Positions 6,953 through 18,626 of a DNA stretch of 64,000 nucleotides are shown piece by piece. Within the stretch, counting starts at the first letter, position 1, and every line of letters begins with the position of its first letter. A program made the position numbers and the translations under genes. The stretch comes from Escherichia phage VEc20: sequence record MN022785.1; one strand, 5' to 3'. A model generated the notes under the pieces. That model searched no databases. It had not been told where the DNA came from and saw only the letters and a program-made list of their open reading frames with translations.

Positions 6953-6981
6953 ATAGTATCACTACCTCATCAGTATGTAAA
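6953..6981 (-). promoter_or_regulatory. sigma70-like early promoter candidate (-35 TTTACA, 17-nt spacer, -10 TACTAT), module copy 3
   Basis: plus-strand tgtaaa ... atagta; perfect 9-bp inverted repeat GATGAGGTA/TACCTCATC flanking the -10. Confidence 0.5.
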
Positions 6982-6994
6982 CAACTTTGTGAAA

Positions 6995-7679
<685 letters not shown>

Positions 7680-7680
<1 letters not shown>

Positions 7681-8405
7681 TATAGTACCTTTAGTGTATT
7701 TTTAATTTTAGAAAAAAGTTCTTCAAGAGAACCATCGTTTGTAATTACTAAATCGCCATCACGAATTGGCAATCCAGCTTCTGTAATATGTGTATCATTG
7801 GATTTTTGACCAGGACGAACTACATGAATTACTGTAGCACCCATCGCCCTAGCCGCATCCATTTCATGATCTTGACGGGTATCAGGAACGATATAATAAT
7901 CATAACCTGAGTTAAATTTATCAAGATAATCTAAAGCAAATAATTTTACCCAGTACATGCGGTCGAAGTTATTAACAATCAAATCCGTACCTAGGGCTTG
8001 CATCAGACGACGGACTGACCATTGATCTTCAATATTATTTATAACGTCAATAATCTTGTTAAATGCTACGGAATTAACTGATTCTTGTCCTTCGTCATCA
8101 AAAACAAACACACCTTTAATTGGGCTTTTACCATTAAGATAGCAAAATGCTTGTTCCATAATCGTGATTACTTCTAATTTAGTCAGATTTAAATTAGTCT
8201 CACGATCATAGTCAATTCCTTCAAACTCTTTACGAGTTAAGCAAGGATAATCGGTGTTTGCTGCAAATACTCCCCATGCATAAGCCAATGCATCCTTAAT
8301 AGGACCAGCAAGTTGGTATTTAACTGCAGAATAATTGCTCATGATAAAATCAGCAGTAGTATCTTTTCCACTACGCTTTACACCGCTTAAAAAGATTAGT
8401 TTCAT
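7680..8405 (-). CDS. 1: deoxynucleoside monophosphate kinase
   Basis: P-loop GVKRSGKDT; start MKLIFLSG with GAGGAG RBS gives 241 aa as T4 gp1 (ORF track start 8444 is an extension). Confidence 0.85.
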
Positions 8406-8454
8406 GTGTTTCTCCTCAAATTTAATTAAGATTATAACACACAAAACTGAAGCA

Positions 8455-8985
8455 TTAAACTTCCGCTATAATTTTTCCATCTTTTTCTACTTGAAAATAC
8501 GTATAAGGAATCGTTGCTGTACATACTAAAGCCGGGTCTGAATCTTCTGTGTAGCTAAATTCTACTTCAGATAGGTCAGAAACCCAAGGCTTATAAAAAT
8601 TTATTGACATCACGATTTCAGTTTTGCTATTATCTAAAATGTAAAGCGTAATGTATTCAGGACCTGTTTTTTGGGCAGTATTTTCACCTGTAAGATAGTT
8701 GCTAGTTCCTAGCATCCATTCATACATTCCTATCCATGACTTAAGTTCTTCATCAACTATAAATCTCACGATGAGTGGATCGTACTCAAATGTAGCACCT
8801 GGACGTTGTGCTCGGCCCAGTCCAAACGGCCCAGTCACGGTATCGGTAACAGGTATCCTAATTCCAGGAATAGGAACTGACTGAGCATTTAAAGTAAAAG
8901 CAGATGTAGTATTACTATGTGGTATTGATACTACAAAGTTAGTTGTATTTGCTTGGTTAAAAATTTGTTGCAGTGCTTGCGACAT
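8455..8985 (-). CDS. 3: gp3 tail tube terminator / sheath stabiliser
   Basis: 176 aa from internal ATG with GAGGAAT RBS (T4 gp3 length); gene order 1-3-2-4. Confidence 0.75.
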   Translation of the reverse strand: MSQALQQIFNQANTTNFVVSIPHSNTTSAFTLNAQSVPIPGIRIPVTDTVTGPFGLGRAQRPGATFEYDPLIVRFIVDEELKSWIGMYEWMLGTSNYLTGENTAQKTGPEYITLYILDNSKTEIVMSINFYKPWVSDLSEVEFSYTEDSDPALVCTATIPYTYFQVEKDGKIIAEV

Positions 8986-9091
8986 ATATTCCTCATAATG
9001 CTTTATAACTGTTGGTGGTATAATGGGTCTAAGTCCCTTCCATTCAATTCCATTTAGAACAAACAACAGAAAAGAATGGAAGATAATAGAA

Positions 9092-9916
9092 TTAGATATT
9101 TGACCAGACTTTGTTTGCAGAGAAACGTTTTCCTTTTGAAACGAACTGCTGAAGTGGCATTAACACAACGTTCGCCCAGTCTTTCGGGGCGATTTCAACA
9201 AGGCTACCCATAATATTACCAGGTATATATGCCTTAATCATTTGGTCTGCACCCCTAAATCCTTTCACTTGACTCCAATCAATTTTTAATTTCGTTTTAT
9301 TAGTAATAGTAGGTGTATTTGCATATTGCTTTAAAAGCTCTTCTAGAAACTGTTGACGAGCTTTAGGTGGAATATAGTGCAAGTTTAATCCATACATTAA
9401 ATTATGCTTACCTAAACCAAGGTAAATTATCAAAGGAAATTTATCCCAGTAAGGAAGAGTTTCCTTGTGTTTAGCATCATAAGCAAAAGCATATATTCGT
9501 CCCGGCTGCGGGCGAACAACTTTATGTCCTTTTACTTGCTTAATAGTTTCAGCAAACCATTTTCTGGTTTTATTATTAATTGCTGCGCCTTCATTACGAA
9601 TTTTATCACGCAATGTTTGTCTGAATGAATTTATCATAAGCAGTTGTCTTTCTTGCTTATTGAGTTTATTCATTGGTTTTGATTCAAGCTTTTGAATCTT
9701 TTCAGCCGTTTTAATTCCTGAAGCATATTTTGACATTGCTGAAGTAAACGTAGAGTATTTGATTCCTCTTTCTTCAGCAAATTGCTTTCCTGTCATTCCT
9801 TTTGCTTTGGCCTTTTTATATTCAAGACCTATCTGAATCCATTTCTTTTCGTTTAATGATTGCTTAACCTTTGGAATTTGGGGAGTGCTTTCATTAATTA
9901 TTTGAAAAATAGCCAT
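9092..9916 (-). CDS. 2: gp2 DNA end protector protein
   Basis: 274 aa as T4 gp2; basic; gene order. Confidence 0.8.
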   Translation of the reverse strand: MAIFQIINESTPQIPKVKQSLNEKKWIQIGLEYKKAKAKGMTGKQFAEERGIKYSTFTSAMSKYASGIKTAEKIQKLESKPMNKLNKQERQLLMINSFRQTLRDKIRNEGAAINNKTRKWFAETIKQVKGHKVVRPQPGRIYAFAYDAKHKETLPYWDKFPLIIYLGLGKHNLMYGLNLHYIPPKARQQFLEELLKQYANTPTITNKTKLKIDWSQVKGFRGADQMIKAYIPGNIMGSLVEIAPKDWANVVLMPLQQFVSKGKRFSANKVWSNI

Positions 9917-10368
9917 TATGCCCCCTTAAAGCCAAGAGCTCGTAATCCATCTTCTGTTAAAATTCTAAATTTTATTCCACGCTTTTCAGCTAAAGATTGT
10001 GCTGCTTTCCATTTGTCGGTATTAACAGAATATGTATAAATTTCATTCATAAATCTTTTCTTCGCTGCTGTTGTTAGATGTGCTGGTTTAACTGGTGGTT
10101 GTGTTTCTTTTTTAGGTTTTATTTCAATAAAAAATTCTTGTCCAGAAGAATCTTTCATCCAAATATCCATGAAGTATCTACGTTTTTTCCCTTCTGCATT
10201 ACAAAAATAAGGAATTACTGCTGTTTCACTACCCCATGCAATAATTTCTGGATTTTTATCTAACCATTCAAAAAAGAATTTTTCCCAATTTGATCTATAC
10301 GTAATTTTTTTAGGGTCACCTCTATACTTTGATATATTTTTAGGAACCCATTTTCCAGAATATGCCAT
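9916..10368 (-). CDS. 4: gp4 head completion protein
   Basis: 150 aa as T4 gp4; late promoter upstream. Confidence 0.8.
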   Translation of the reverse strand: MAYSGKWVPKNISKYRGDPKKITYRSNWEKFFFEWLDKNPEIIAWGSETAVIPYFCNAEGKKRRYFMDIWMKDSSGQEFFIEIKPKKETQPPVKPAHLTTAAKKRFMNEIYTYSVNTDKWKAAQSLAEKRGIKFRILTEDGLRALGFKGA

Positions 10369-10379
10369 TGGATTCTCCT

Positions 10380-10387
10380 TATAAATA
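10380..10387 (+). promoter_or_regulatory. T4 late promoter TATAAATA (gene 53)
   Basis: exact TATAAATA 29 nt upstream of gp53 ATG. Confidence 0.65.
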
Positions 10388-10394
10388 GATAATA

Positions 10395-10402
10395 TATTTA
10401 TA
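10395..10402 (-). promoter_or_regulatory. T4 late promoter TATAAATA (gene 4), divergent partner
   Basis: plus-strand tatttata; gp4 ATG about 27 nt downstream on minus strand. Confidence 0.6.
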
Positions 10403-10415
10403 AACAGGAGGGCCC

Positions 10416-11006
10416 ATGCTCTTTACATTTTTTGATCCGATTGAATATGCGGCCAAAACGGTGAATAAAAACGCGCCGACTATTCCTATGACAGATATTT
10501 TTAGAAACTATAAAGACTATTTTAAACGCGCTCTTGCGGGATACCGCTTACGTACTTATTATATCAAAGGTTCACCCCGCCCGGAAGAATTAGCAAATAC
10601 TATATATGGAAATCCACAATTGTATTGGGTTTTATTGATGTGTAATGATAATTATGACCCGTATTATGGATGGATTACTTCACAAGAAGCAGCTTATCAA
10701 GCATCTATACAAAAATACAAAAATGTAGGTGGAGACCAAATAGTATATCATGTGAATGAGAACGGCGAAAAATTTTATAATTTAATATCATACGATGATA
10801 ATCCATATGTTTGGTATGACAAAGGCGATAAAGCTAGAAAATATCCTCAATATGAAGGAGCACTTGCTGCTGTTAATACGTATGAAGATGCTGTTCTTGA
10901 AAATGAAAAACTTCGTCAAATAAAAATAATAGCAAAATCAGACATCAATTCATTTATGAACGACCTTATACGTATAATGGAGAAATCTTATGGAAATGAT
11001 AAGTAA
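10416..11006 (+). CDS. 53: gp53 baseplate wedge subunit
   Basis: 196 aa as T4 gp53; precedes gene 5. Confidence 0.85.
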   Translation: MLFTFFDPIEYAAKTVNKNAPTIPMTDIFRNYKDYFKRALAGYRLRTYYIKGSPRPEELANTIYGNPQLYWVLLMCNDNYDPYYGWITSQEAAYQASIQKYKNVGGDQIVYHVNENGEKFYNLISYDDNPYVWYDKGDKARKYPQYEGALAAVNTYEDAVLENEKLRQIKIIAKSDINSFMNDLIRIMEKSYGNDK

Positions 11007-12717
11007 TAACCTTAATTGGTTTGTTGGTGTTGTTGAAGATAGAATGGACCCATTAAAATTAGGTCGTGTTCGTGTTCGTGTGGTTGGTCTGCATCCACCT
11101 CAAAGAGCACAAGGCGATGTAATGGGTATTCCAACTGAAAAATTACCATGGATGTCAGTTATTCAACCTATAACTTCTGCAGCAATGTCTGGAATTGGAG
11201 GTTCTGTTACTGGACCGGTAGAAGGAACTAGAGTTTATGGTCATTTTTTAGACAAATGGAAAACTAACGGAATTGTCCTTGGCACGTATGGTGGAATAGT
11301 TCGCGAAAAACCGAATAGACTTGAAGGATTTTCTGACCCAACTGGGCAATATCCTAGACGTTTAGGAAATGATACTAATGTATTAAACCAAGGCGGAGAA
11401 GTAGGATATGATTCGTCTTCTAATATTATCCAAGATAGCAATCTAGACACTGCGATAAATCCTGATGATAGACCGCTATCAGAGATTCCAACTGATGATA
11501 ATCCAAATATGTCAATGGCTGAAATGCTTCGCCGTGATGAAGGATTAAGACTAAAAGTCTATTGGGATACAGAAGGATATCCGACAATTGGTATTGGTCA
11601 TCTTATCATGAAGCAGCCAGTTCGTGATATGGCTCAAATTAATAAAGTTTTATCGAAACAAGTTGGTCGTGAAATTACTGGAAACCCAGGTTCTATTACA
11701 ATGGAAGAAGCGACGACTTTATTTGAACGTGATTTGGCTGATATGCAAAGGGATATTAAATCACATTCTAAAGTAGGACCAGTCTGGCAAGCTGTCAACC
11801 GTTCTCGTCAAATGGCATTAGAAAATATGGCGTTTCAGATGGGTGTTGGCGGTGTAGCTAAATTTAACACAATGTTAACTGCTATGTTAGCAGGAGATTG
11901 GGAAAAAGCATATAAAGCCGGTCGTGATTCATTGTGGTATCAACAAACAAAAGGCCGTGCATCCCGTGTTACCATGATTATTCTTACAGGTAATTTGGAA
12001 TCATATGGTGTTGAAGTGAAAACCCCAGCTAGGTCTCTATCAGCAATGGCTGCTACTGTAGCTAAATCTTCTGACCCTGCTGACCCTCCTATTCCAAATG
12101 ACTCGAGAATTTTATTCAAAGAGCCAGTTTCTTCATATAAAGGCGAATATCCTTATGTGCATACAATGGAAACTGAAAGCGGACATATCCAAGAATTTGA
12201 TGATACCCCTGGGCAAGAACGATATAGATTAGTTCATCCAACTGGAACTTATGAAGAAGTATCACCGTCAGGAAGAAGAACAAGAAAAACTGTTGATAAT
12301 TTGTATGATATAACCAACGCTGATGGTAATTTTTTGGTAGCCGGTGATAAAAAGACTAACGTCGGTGGATCAGAAATTTATTACAACATGGATAATCGTC
12401 TTCACCAAATAGATGGAAGCAATACAATATTTGTACGTGGCGATGAAACTAAGACGGTTGAAGGTAATGGAACTATCCTAGTTAAAGGTAATGTTACTAT
12501 TGTAGTTGAAGGTAATGCTGACATCACAGTTAAAGGAGATGCTACCACTTTAGTTGAAGGTAATCAAACTAATACAGTAAATGGAAATCTTTCTTGGAAA
12601 GTTGCTGGGACAGTTGATTGGGACGTTGGTGGTGATTGGACAGAAAAAATGGCATCTATGAGTTCTATTTCATCCGGTCAATACACAATTGATGGATCGA
12701 GGATTGACATTGGCTAA
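10990..12717 (+). CDS. 5: gp5 baseplate hub / cell-puncturing spike with lysozyme domain
   Basis: 575 aa; N-terminus MEMISNNLNWFVGVVED; lysozyme-like TIGIGH region; C-terminal beta-helix repeats (VEGN...). Confidence 0.95.
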   Translation: MEMISNNLNWFVGVVEDRMDPLKLGRVRVRVVGLHPPQRAQGDVMGIPTEKLPWMSVIQPITSAAMSGIGGSVTGPVEGTRVYGHFLDKWKTNGIVLGTYGGIVREKPNRLEGFSDPTGQYPRRLGNDTNVLNQGGEVGYDSSSNIIQDSNLDTAINPDDRPLSEIPTDDNPNMSMAEMLRRDEGLRLKVYWDTEGYPTIGIGHLIMKQPVRDMAQINKVLSKQVGREITGNPGSITMEEATTLFERDLADMQRDIKSHSKVGPVWQAVNRSRQMALENMAFQMGVGGVAKFNTMLTAMLAGDWEKAYKAGRDSLWYQQTKGRASRVTMIILTGNLESYGVEVKTPARSLSAMAATVAKSSDPADPPIPNDSRILFKEPVSSYKGEYPYVHTMETESGHIQEFDDTPGQERYRLVHPTGTYEEVSPSGRRTRKTVDNLYDITNADGNFLVAGDKKTNVGGSEIYYNMDNRLHQIDGSNTIFVRGDETKTVEGNGTILVKGNVTIVVEGNADITVKGDATTLVEGNQTNTVNGNLSWKVAGTVDWDVGGDWTEKMASMSSISSGQYTIDGSRIDIG

Positions 12718-12751
12718 TATACTTCCAATGAGCGCTGATTTAGGAGAATCC

Positions 12752-13246
12752 ATGGAAGGTTCTTCTATCGACGTCACCTTTACCGCTCAATTAGAAACAG
12801 GTGAAACGTTAGTATCTATAAATATAACTAGTTACGAAGAAACTCCTGGGGTTTTAGTAGAAGAAAATCGCTTATATGGAACATATGAATCTGTGTTTGG
12901 ATTTGGAAATGACGCGTTGAAATATCGTTTAGGCGATGAATTTAAAACTGCTGCTTCATGGGAAGAACTTCCTACTGATTCTGATACTCAGCTGTATTTG
13001 TGGAAAGCTCCTCAAAATCTCCAGAAGACATTCACTTACGAAGTAACATTAATATATGACTACCAAGAACAAAGTGAATCTGGAGGTTCTGGTAGTAATT
13101 CTAGGTCATCTTCTGATACTACTGAACCGACGGATCCTCCTGCTCCAGTAAGAAAAACACTTGTTAAAAATTATACTAAAACTATAGTTGGAAATTGGAG
13201 TCGTTGGGCTAATAAACTGAGAAGCTATGTATATGAGAGGCCATAA
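12752..13246 (+). CDS. 5.1: gp5.1-like hypothetical protein (start uncertain; ORF track starts 12689 with TTG)
   Basis: ATG at 12752 has GGAG RBS; position between 5 and 5.4. Confidence 0.5.
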
Positions 13247-13540
13247 ATGTCAGGATTAAGTTATGATAAGTGTGTTACTGCTGGCCATGAAGCGTGGCCT
13301 CCAACAGTTGTGAATGCTACGCAAAGTAAAGTATTCACTGGAGGAATTGCTGTTCTAGTAGCAGGCGATCCAATTACAGAACATACAGAAATTAAAAAGC
13401 CATATGAAACACATGGCGGAGTGACACAACCTAGAACTTCTAAGGTATATGTCACTGGAAAGAAAGCTGTTCAAATGGCTGATCCAATATCATGCGGTGA
13501 TACTGTGGCTCAGGCATCATCTAAAGTATTCATTAAATAG
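13247..13540 (+). CDS. 5.4: gp5.4 PAAR-repeat spike tip protein
   Basis: 97 aa as T4 gp5.4; PAAR-like sequence. Confidence 0.85.
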
Positions 13541-13548
13541 GATTTAAA

Positions 13549-15531
13549 ATGGCAAATACCCCTGTAAATTATCAATTAACAAGAACAGCAAATGCTATTC
13601 CCGAGATATTCGTCGGGGGTACGTTTGCTGAAATAAAACAAAACCTCATTGAATGGCTTAATGGCCAAAATGAATTTTTGGATTATGATTTTGAAGGCTC
13701 AAGATTAAACGTTCTGTGTGACCTTTTGGCTTATAATACGCTGTACATTCAGCAGTTTGGTAATGCTGCTGTATATGAAAGCTTTATGCGTACTGCTAAC
13801 TTACGAAGCTCAGTTGTTCAAGCTGCACAAGATAACGGATATTTACCTACTTCAAAATCCGCTGCGCAAACCGAAATTATGTTAACATGCACCGACGCAT
13901 TGAATAGGAATTACATTACAATTCCTCGCGGAACTCGCTTTTTAGCATATGCAAAAGATACTTCTGTTAATCCATATAACTTCGTTTCTACCGAAGACGT
14001 TATTGCTATTCGTGATAAAAATAACCAATATTTTCCACGTTTAAAATTGGCCCAGGGACGTATAGTAAGAACTGAAATCATTTATGATAAATTAACACCT
14101 ATTATCATTTATGACAAAAATATAGATAGAAACCAAGTTAAGCTGTATGTTGATGGAGCAGAATGGATTAACTGGACAAGAAAGTCAATGGTTCATGCTG
14201 GTTCTACATCAACAATTTACTACATGCGTGAAACTATTGATGGAAATACTGAATTTTATTTTGGTGAAGGTGAGATTTCCGTTAATGCGGCAGAAGGAGC
14301 ATTGACTGCTAATTATATTGGAGGTCTTAAACCTACTCAGAACTCTACGATTGTTATTGAGTACATCAGTACTAACGGTGCAGATGCGAATGGCGCAGTC
14401 GGATTTTCATATGCAGATACATTGACAAATATAACTGTCATCAACATTAATGAAAACCCAAATGATGACCCAGATTTTGTTGGAGCAGACGGCGGCGGTG
14501 ACCCAGAAGATATTGAGCGTATTCGCGAATTGGGTACTATTAAACGCGAAACCCAGCAACGCTGCGTAACTGCGACTGACTATGATACATTCGTTTCAGA
14601 GAGATTTGGTTCTATTATTCAGGCAGTTCAGACTTTCACTGATTCTACTAAACCTGGGTATGCATTTATTGCTGCTAAACCTAAATCAGGTCTGTATTTA
14701 ACTACCGTACAGCGTGAAGATATTAAAAATTATCTCAAAGACTATAATTTAGCTCCTATTACACCATCAATTATTTCTCCTAATTACCTTTTTATTAAGA
14801 CTAATTTAAAAGTCACATATGCTTTAAATAAGCTGCAAGAATCCGAACAGTGGCTCGAAGGTCAAATAATTGATAAAATTGATCGTTATTATACCGAAGA
14901 TGTAGAAATTTTTAACTCATCTTTCGCTAAATCTAAGATGTTGACTTACGTAGATGATGCAGATCATTCTATCATTGGCTCATCAGCGACAATTCAAATT
15001 GTTCGTGAAGTACAAAACTTCTATAAAACACCTGAAGCAGGTATTAAATACAATAATCAAATAAAAGACCGTTCTATGGAATCTAATACGTTTTCATTTA
15101 ATTCTGGACGAAAGGTTGTAAATCCTGATACTGGTTTAGAAGAAGATGTATTATATGACGTTCGTATAGTATCAACAGACCGAGATTCTAAAGGAATTGG
15201 TAAAGTTATTATTGGTCCATTTGCTTCTGGCGATGTTACAGAAAATGAAAACATTCAGCCGTATACGGGCAACGATTTTAACAAATTAGCAAATTCTGAT
15301 GGACGCGACAAATACTATGTTATCGGTGAAATAAATTATCCAGCTGACATGATTTATTGGAATATCGCTAAAATTAATTTAACATCTGAAAAATTTGAAG
15401 TTCAGACTATTGAATTATATTCTGACCCAACCGATGATGTTATCTTTACTCGCGATGGTTCACTGATTGTATTTGAAAATGACTTACGTCCACAATACTT
15501 AACTATCGATTTGGAGCCTATATCACAATGA
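13549..15531 (+). CDS. 6: gp6 baseplate wedge subunit
   Basis: 660 aa as T4 gp6; gene order. Confidence 0.9.
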   Translation: MANTPVNYQLTRTANAIPEIFVGGTFAEIKQNLIEWLNGQNEFLDYDFEGSRLNVLCDLLAYNTLYIQQFGNAAVYESFMRTANLRSSVVQAAQDNGYLPTSKSAAQTEIMLTCTDALNRNYITIPRGTRFLAYAKDTSVNPYNFVSTEDVIAIRDKNNQYFPRLKLAQGRIVRTEIIYDKLTPIIIYDKNIDRNQVKLYVDGAEWINWTRKSMVHAGSTSTIYYMRETIDGNTEFYFGEGEISVNAAEGALTANYIGGLKPTQNSTIVIEYISTNGADANGAVGFSYADTLTNITVININENPNDDPDFVGADGGGDPEDIERIRELGTIKRETQQRCVTATDYDTFVSERFGSIIQAVQTFTDSTKPGYAFIAAKPKSGLYLTTVQREDIKNYLKDYNLAPITPSIISPNYLFIKTNLKVTYALNKLQESEQWLEGQIIDKIDRYYTEDVEIFNSSFAKSKMLTYVDDADHSIIGSSATIQIVREVQNFYKTPEAGIKYNNQIKDRSMESNTFSFNSGRKVVNPDTGLEEDVLYDVRIVSTDRDSKGIGKVIIGPFASGDVTENENIQPYTGNDFNKLANSDGRDKYYVIGEINYPADMIYWNIAKINLTSEKFEVQTIELYSDPTDDVIFTRDGSLIVFENDLRPQYLTIDLEPISQ

Positions 15532-18500
15532 CAGTAAAAGCACCTTCAGTCACTAGTCTCAGAATTTCCAAGTTATCCGCAAATCAGGTGCAAGTACGCT
15601 GGGATGACGTTGGTGCTAATTTCTACTATTTTGTAGAAATCGCTGAGACAAAAACAAACTCGGGGGAAAATCTCCCGAGTAATCAATACAGATGGATTAA
15701 CTTAGGATATACTGCAAATAACAGCTTCTTTTTTGATGATGCTAATCCATTGACATCATACATTATCAGAGTAGCTACAGCTGCGCAAGATTTTGAGCAG
15801 TCTGATTGGATTTATACCGAAGAGTTTGAAACTTTTGCTACAAATGCTTATACATTTCAAAACATGATTGAAATGCAATTAGCCAATAAATTCATTCAGG
15901 AAAAATTTACTCTTAATAATTCTGATTATGTTAATTTTAATAATGACACTATAATGGCTGCATTGATGAATGAATCATTTCAATTCAGCCCATCGTATGT
16001 TGATGTTTCATCAATAAGTAATTTTATTATTGGTGAAAACGAGTATCATGAAATACAAGGTTCTATTCAGCAAGTATGTAAGGATATTAACCGAGTTTAT
16101 TTGATGGAATCAGAAGGGATTCTATATCTTTTTGAGCGTTATCAACCCGTAGTTAAAGTATCAAATGATAAAGGACAAACTTGGAAAGCTGTAAAGCTCT
16201 TCAATGACCGTGTAGGATATCCTTTATCTAAGACTGTATATTACCAATCTGCAAACACAACATACGTTCTAGGATACGATAAGATTTTCTATGGCCGTAA
16301 ATCGACTGACGTTAGATGGTCAGCAGATGATGTCAGATTCAGTTCGCAGGATATAACATTTGCTAAATTAGGAGACCAACTTCATTTAGGATTTGATGTT
16401 GAAATCTTTGGTACTTATGCTACATTACCTGCAAATGTGTATCGTATAGCTGAAGCTATTACTTGCACCGATGATTACATTTACGTTGTCGCCAGAGACA
16501 AAGTTAGATACATAAAAACGAGTAATGCACCTATAGATTCTGATCCATTATCTCCAACATATTCGGAAAGACTTTTTGAACCTGATACAATGACTATAAC
16601 CGGAAATCCTAAAGCAGTATGCTATAAAATGGATTCTATCGGTGATAAAGTTTTTGCTCTTATTATTGGTGAAGTTGAAACATTAAATGCTAATCCTAGA
16701 ACATCAAAAATAATTGATTCTGCTGATAAAGGAATATATGTTTTGAATCAAGACACGAAAACATGGAAAAGAGTTTTCGGTAATACCGAAGAAGAAAGAA
16801 GACGTATTCAACCTGGATACGCAAACATGTCAACTGACGGTAAATTAGTTTCTCTGTCTTCGAGTAATTTTAAATTTTTAAGTGATAATGTTGTTAATGA
16901 CCCTGAAACTGCGGTGAAATATCAGTTAATCGGTGCTGTTAAATATGAATTTCCTCGTGAATGGCTAGCCGATAAGCATTATCATATGATGGCATTTATA
17001 GCGGATGAAAAATCTGATTGGGAAACTTTTACGCCTCAACCGATGAAATATTATGCAGAACCATTCTTTAACTGGTCTAAAAAATCTAACACACGTTGTT
17101 GGATAAACAACTCTGACATAGCTGTAGTAGTTTATGCTGATTTAAAATACACTAAAGTTATAGAAAATATTCCGGAAACATCGCCAGATAGATTAGTTCA
17201 TGAATACTGGGATGATGGTGATTGTACGATAGTAATGCCAAATGTTAAATTCACAGGATTTAAAAAATATGCGTCTGGGATGCTTTTTTATAAATCTTCT
17301 GGTGAAATAATTTCTTACTATGATTTTAACTATCGAGTGAGAGACACAGTTGAAATAATTTGGAAGCCAACTGGAATATTTTTAAAAGCATTTTTACAAA
17401 ACCAAGAGCGTGAAACTCCTTGGTCACCGGAAGAAGAGCATGGATTAGCTGATCCTGATTTAAGACCATTAATTGGCACAATGATGCCTGATTCTTATTT
17501 ACTACAAGATTCGAATTTTGAGGCATTTTGCGAAGCATATATTCAATATCTTTCTGATGGATATGGAACTCAGTATAACAATTTACGAAATTTAATTCGT
17601 AACAAATATCCACGAGAAGAGCATGCATGGGAATATTTGTGGTCAGAGATATATAAAAGAAACATTTATTTAAATGCTGACAAACGTGATGCTGTTGCAA
17701 GATTTTTTGAATCACGTAGTTATGATTTTTATTCTACTAAAGGAATTGAAGCATCATACAAGTTTCTTTTTAAAGTTCTTTATAATGAAGAAGTTGAAAT
17801 TGAAATTGAATCTGGGGCTGGTACTGAATATGACATAATCGTTCAATCTGATTCTTTGACTGAAGATTTAGTAGGACAAACGATTTATACAGCCACAGGA
17901 AGATGTAATGTTACTTATATAGAAAGAAGTTATTCTAACGGTAAATTGCAATGGACCGTAACTATTCATAATCTTTTGGGAAGATTAATTGCTGGTCAAG
18001 AAGTTAAAGCAGAAAGACTCCCTAGTTTTGAAGGCGAAATTATTCGTGGAGTTAAAGGAAAGGATTTGCTTCAAAACAATATAGACTATATTAATAGAAG
18101 TAGATCATACTATGTAATGAAAATTAAATCCAATTTACCTTCTTCCCGCTGGAAATCTGACGTTATTCGTTTTGTTCATCCAGTAGGATTTGGATTTATA
18201 GCAATTACCCTTTTAACGATGTTTATTAATGTTGGTTTAACTCTTAAACATACAGAGACTATAATTAATAAATACAAAAACTATAAATGGGATTCTGGAT
18301 TGCCTACTGAATATGCTGATAGAGTAGCTAAATTAACTCCAACCGGTGAAATTGAGTATGATTCAGTAACAGGCGAAGCAATTTATGAACCTGGCCCAAT
18401 GGCTGGTGTAAAATATCCTCTTCCTGATGACTATAATGCTGAAAATAATAATTCAATATTTCAAGGTCAATTGCCATCTGAACGACGTAAATTAATGAGT

Positions 18501-18626
18501 CCTCTATTTGATGCATCTGGAACAACATTTGCACAATTTAGGGATTTAGTTAATAAACGTCTAAAAGATAATATAGGAAATCCAAGAGACCCTGAAAATC
18601 CAACACAGGTTAAAATAGATGAATGA
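15528..18626 (+). CDS. 7: gp7 baseplate wedge initiator
   Basis: 1032 aa as T4 gp7. Confidence 0.9.
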   Translation: MTVKAPSVTSLRISKLSANQVQVRWDDVGANFYYFVEIAETKTNSGENLPSNQYRWINLGYTANNSFFFDDANPLTSYIIRVATAAQDFEQSDWIYTEEFETFATNAYTFQNMIEMQLANKFIQEKFTLNNSDYVNFNNDTIMAALMNESFQFSPSYVDVSSISNFIIGENEYHEIQGSIQQVCKDINRVYLMESEGILYLFERYQPVVKVSNDKGQTWKAVKLFNDRVGYPLSKTVYYQSANTTYVLGYDKIFYGRKSTDVRWSADDVRFSSQDITFAKLGDQLHLGFDVEIFGTYATLPANVYRIAEAITCTDDYIYVVARDKVRYIKTSNAPIDSDPLSPTYSERLFEPDTMTITGNPKAVCYKMDSIGDKVFALIIGEVETLNANPRTSKIIDSADKGIYVLNQDTKTWKRVFGNTEEERRRIQPGYANMSTDGKLVSLSSSNFKFLSDNVVNDPETAVKYQLIGAVKYEFPREWLADKHYHMMAFIADEKSDWETFTPQPMKYYAEPFFNWSKKSNTRCWINNSDIAVVVYADLKYTKVIENIPETSPDRLVHEYWDDGDCTIVMPNVKFTGFKKYASGMLFYKSSGEIISYYDFNYRVRDTVEIIWKPTGIFLKAFLQNQERETPWSPEEEHGLADPDLRPLIGTMMPDSYLLQDSNFEAFCEAYIQYLSDGYGTQYNNLRNLIRNKYPREEHAWEYLWSEIYKRNIYLNADKRDAVARFFESRSYDFYSTKGIEASYKFLFKVLYNEEVEIEIESGAGTEYDIIVQSDSLTEDLVGQTIYTATGRCNVTYIERSYSNGKLQWTVTIHNLLGRLIAGQEVKAERLPSFEGEIIRGVKGKDLLQNNIDYINRSRSYYVMKIKSNLPSSRWKSDVIRFVHPVGFGFIAITLLTMFINVGLTLKHTETIINKYKNYKWDSGLPTEYADRVAKLTPTGEIEYDSVTGEAIYEPGPMAGVKYPLPDDYNAENNNSIFQGQLPSERRKLMSPLFDASGTTFAQFRDLVNKRLKDNIGNPRDPENPTQVKIDE

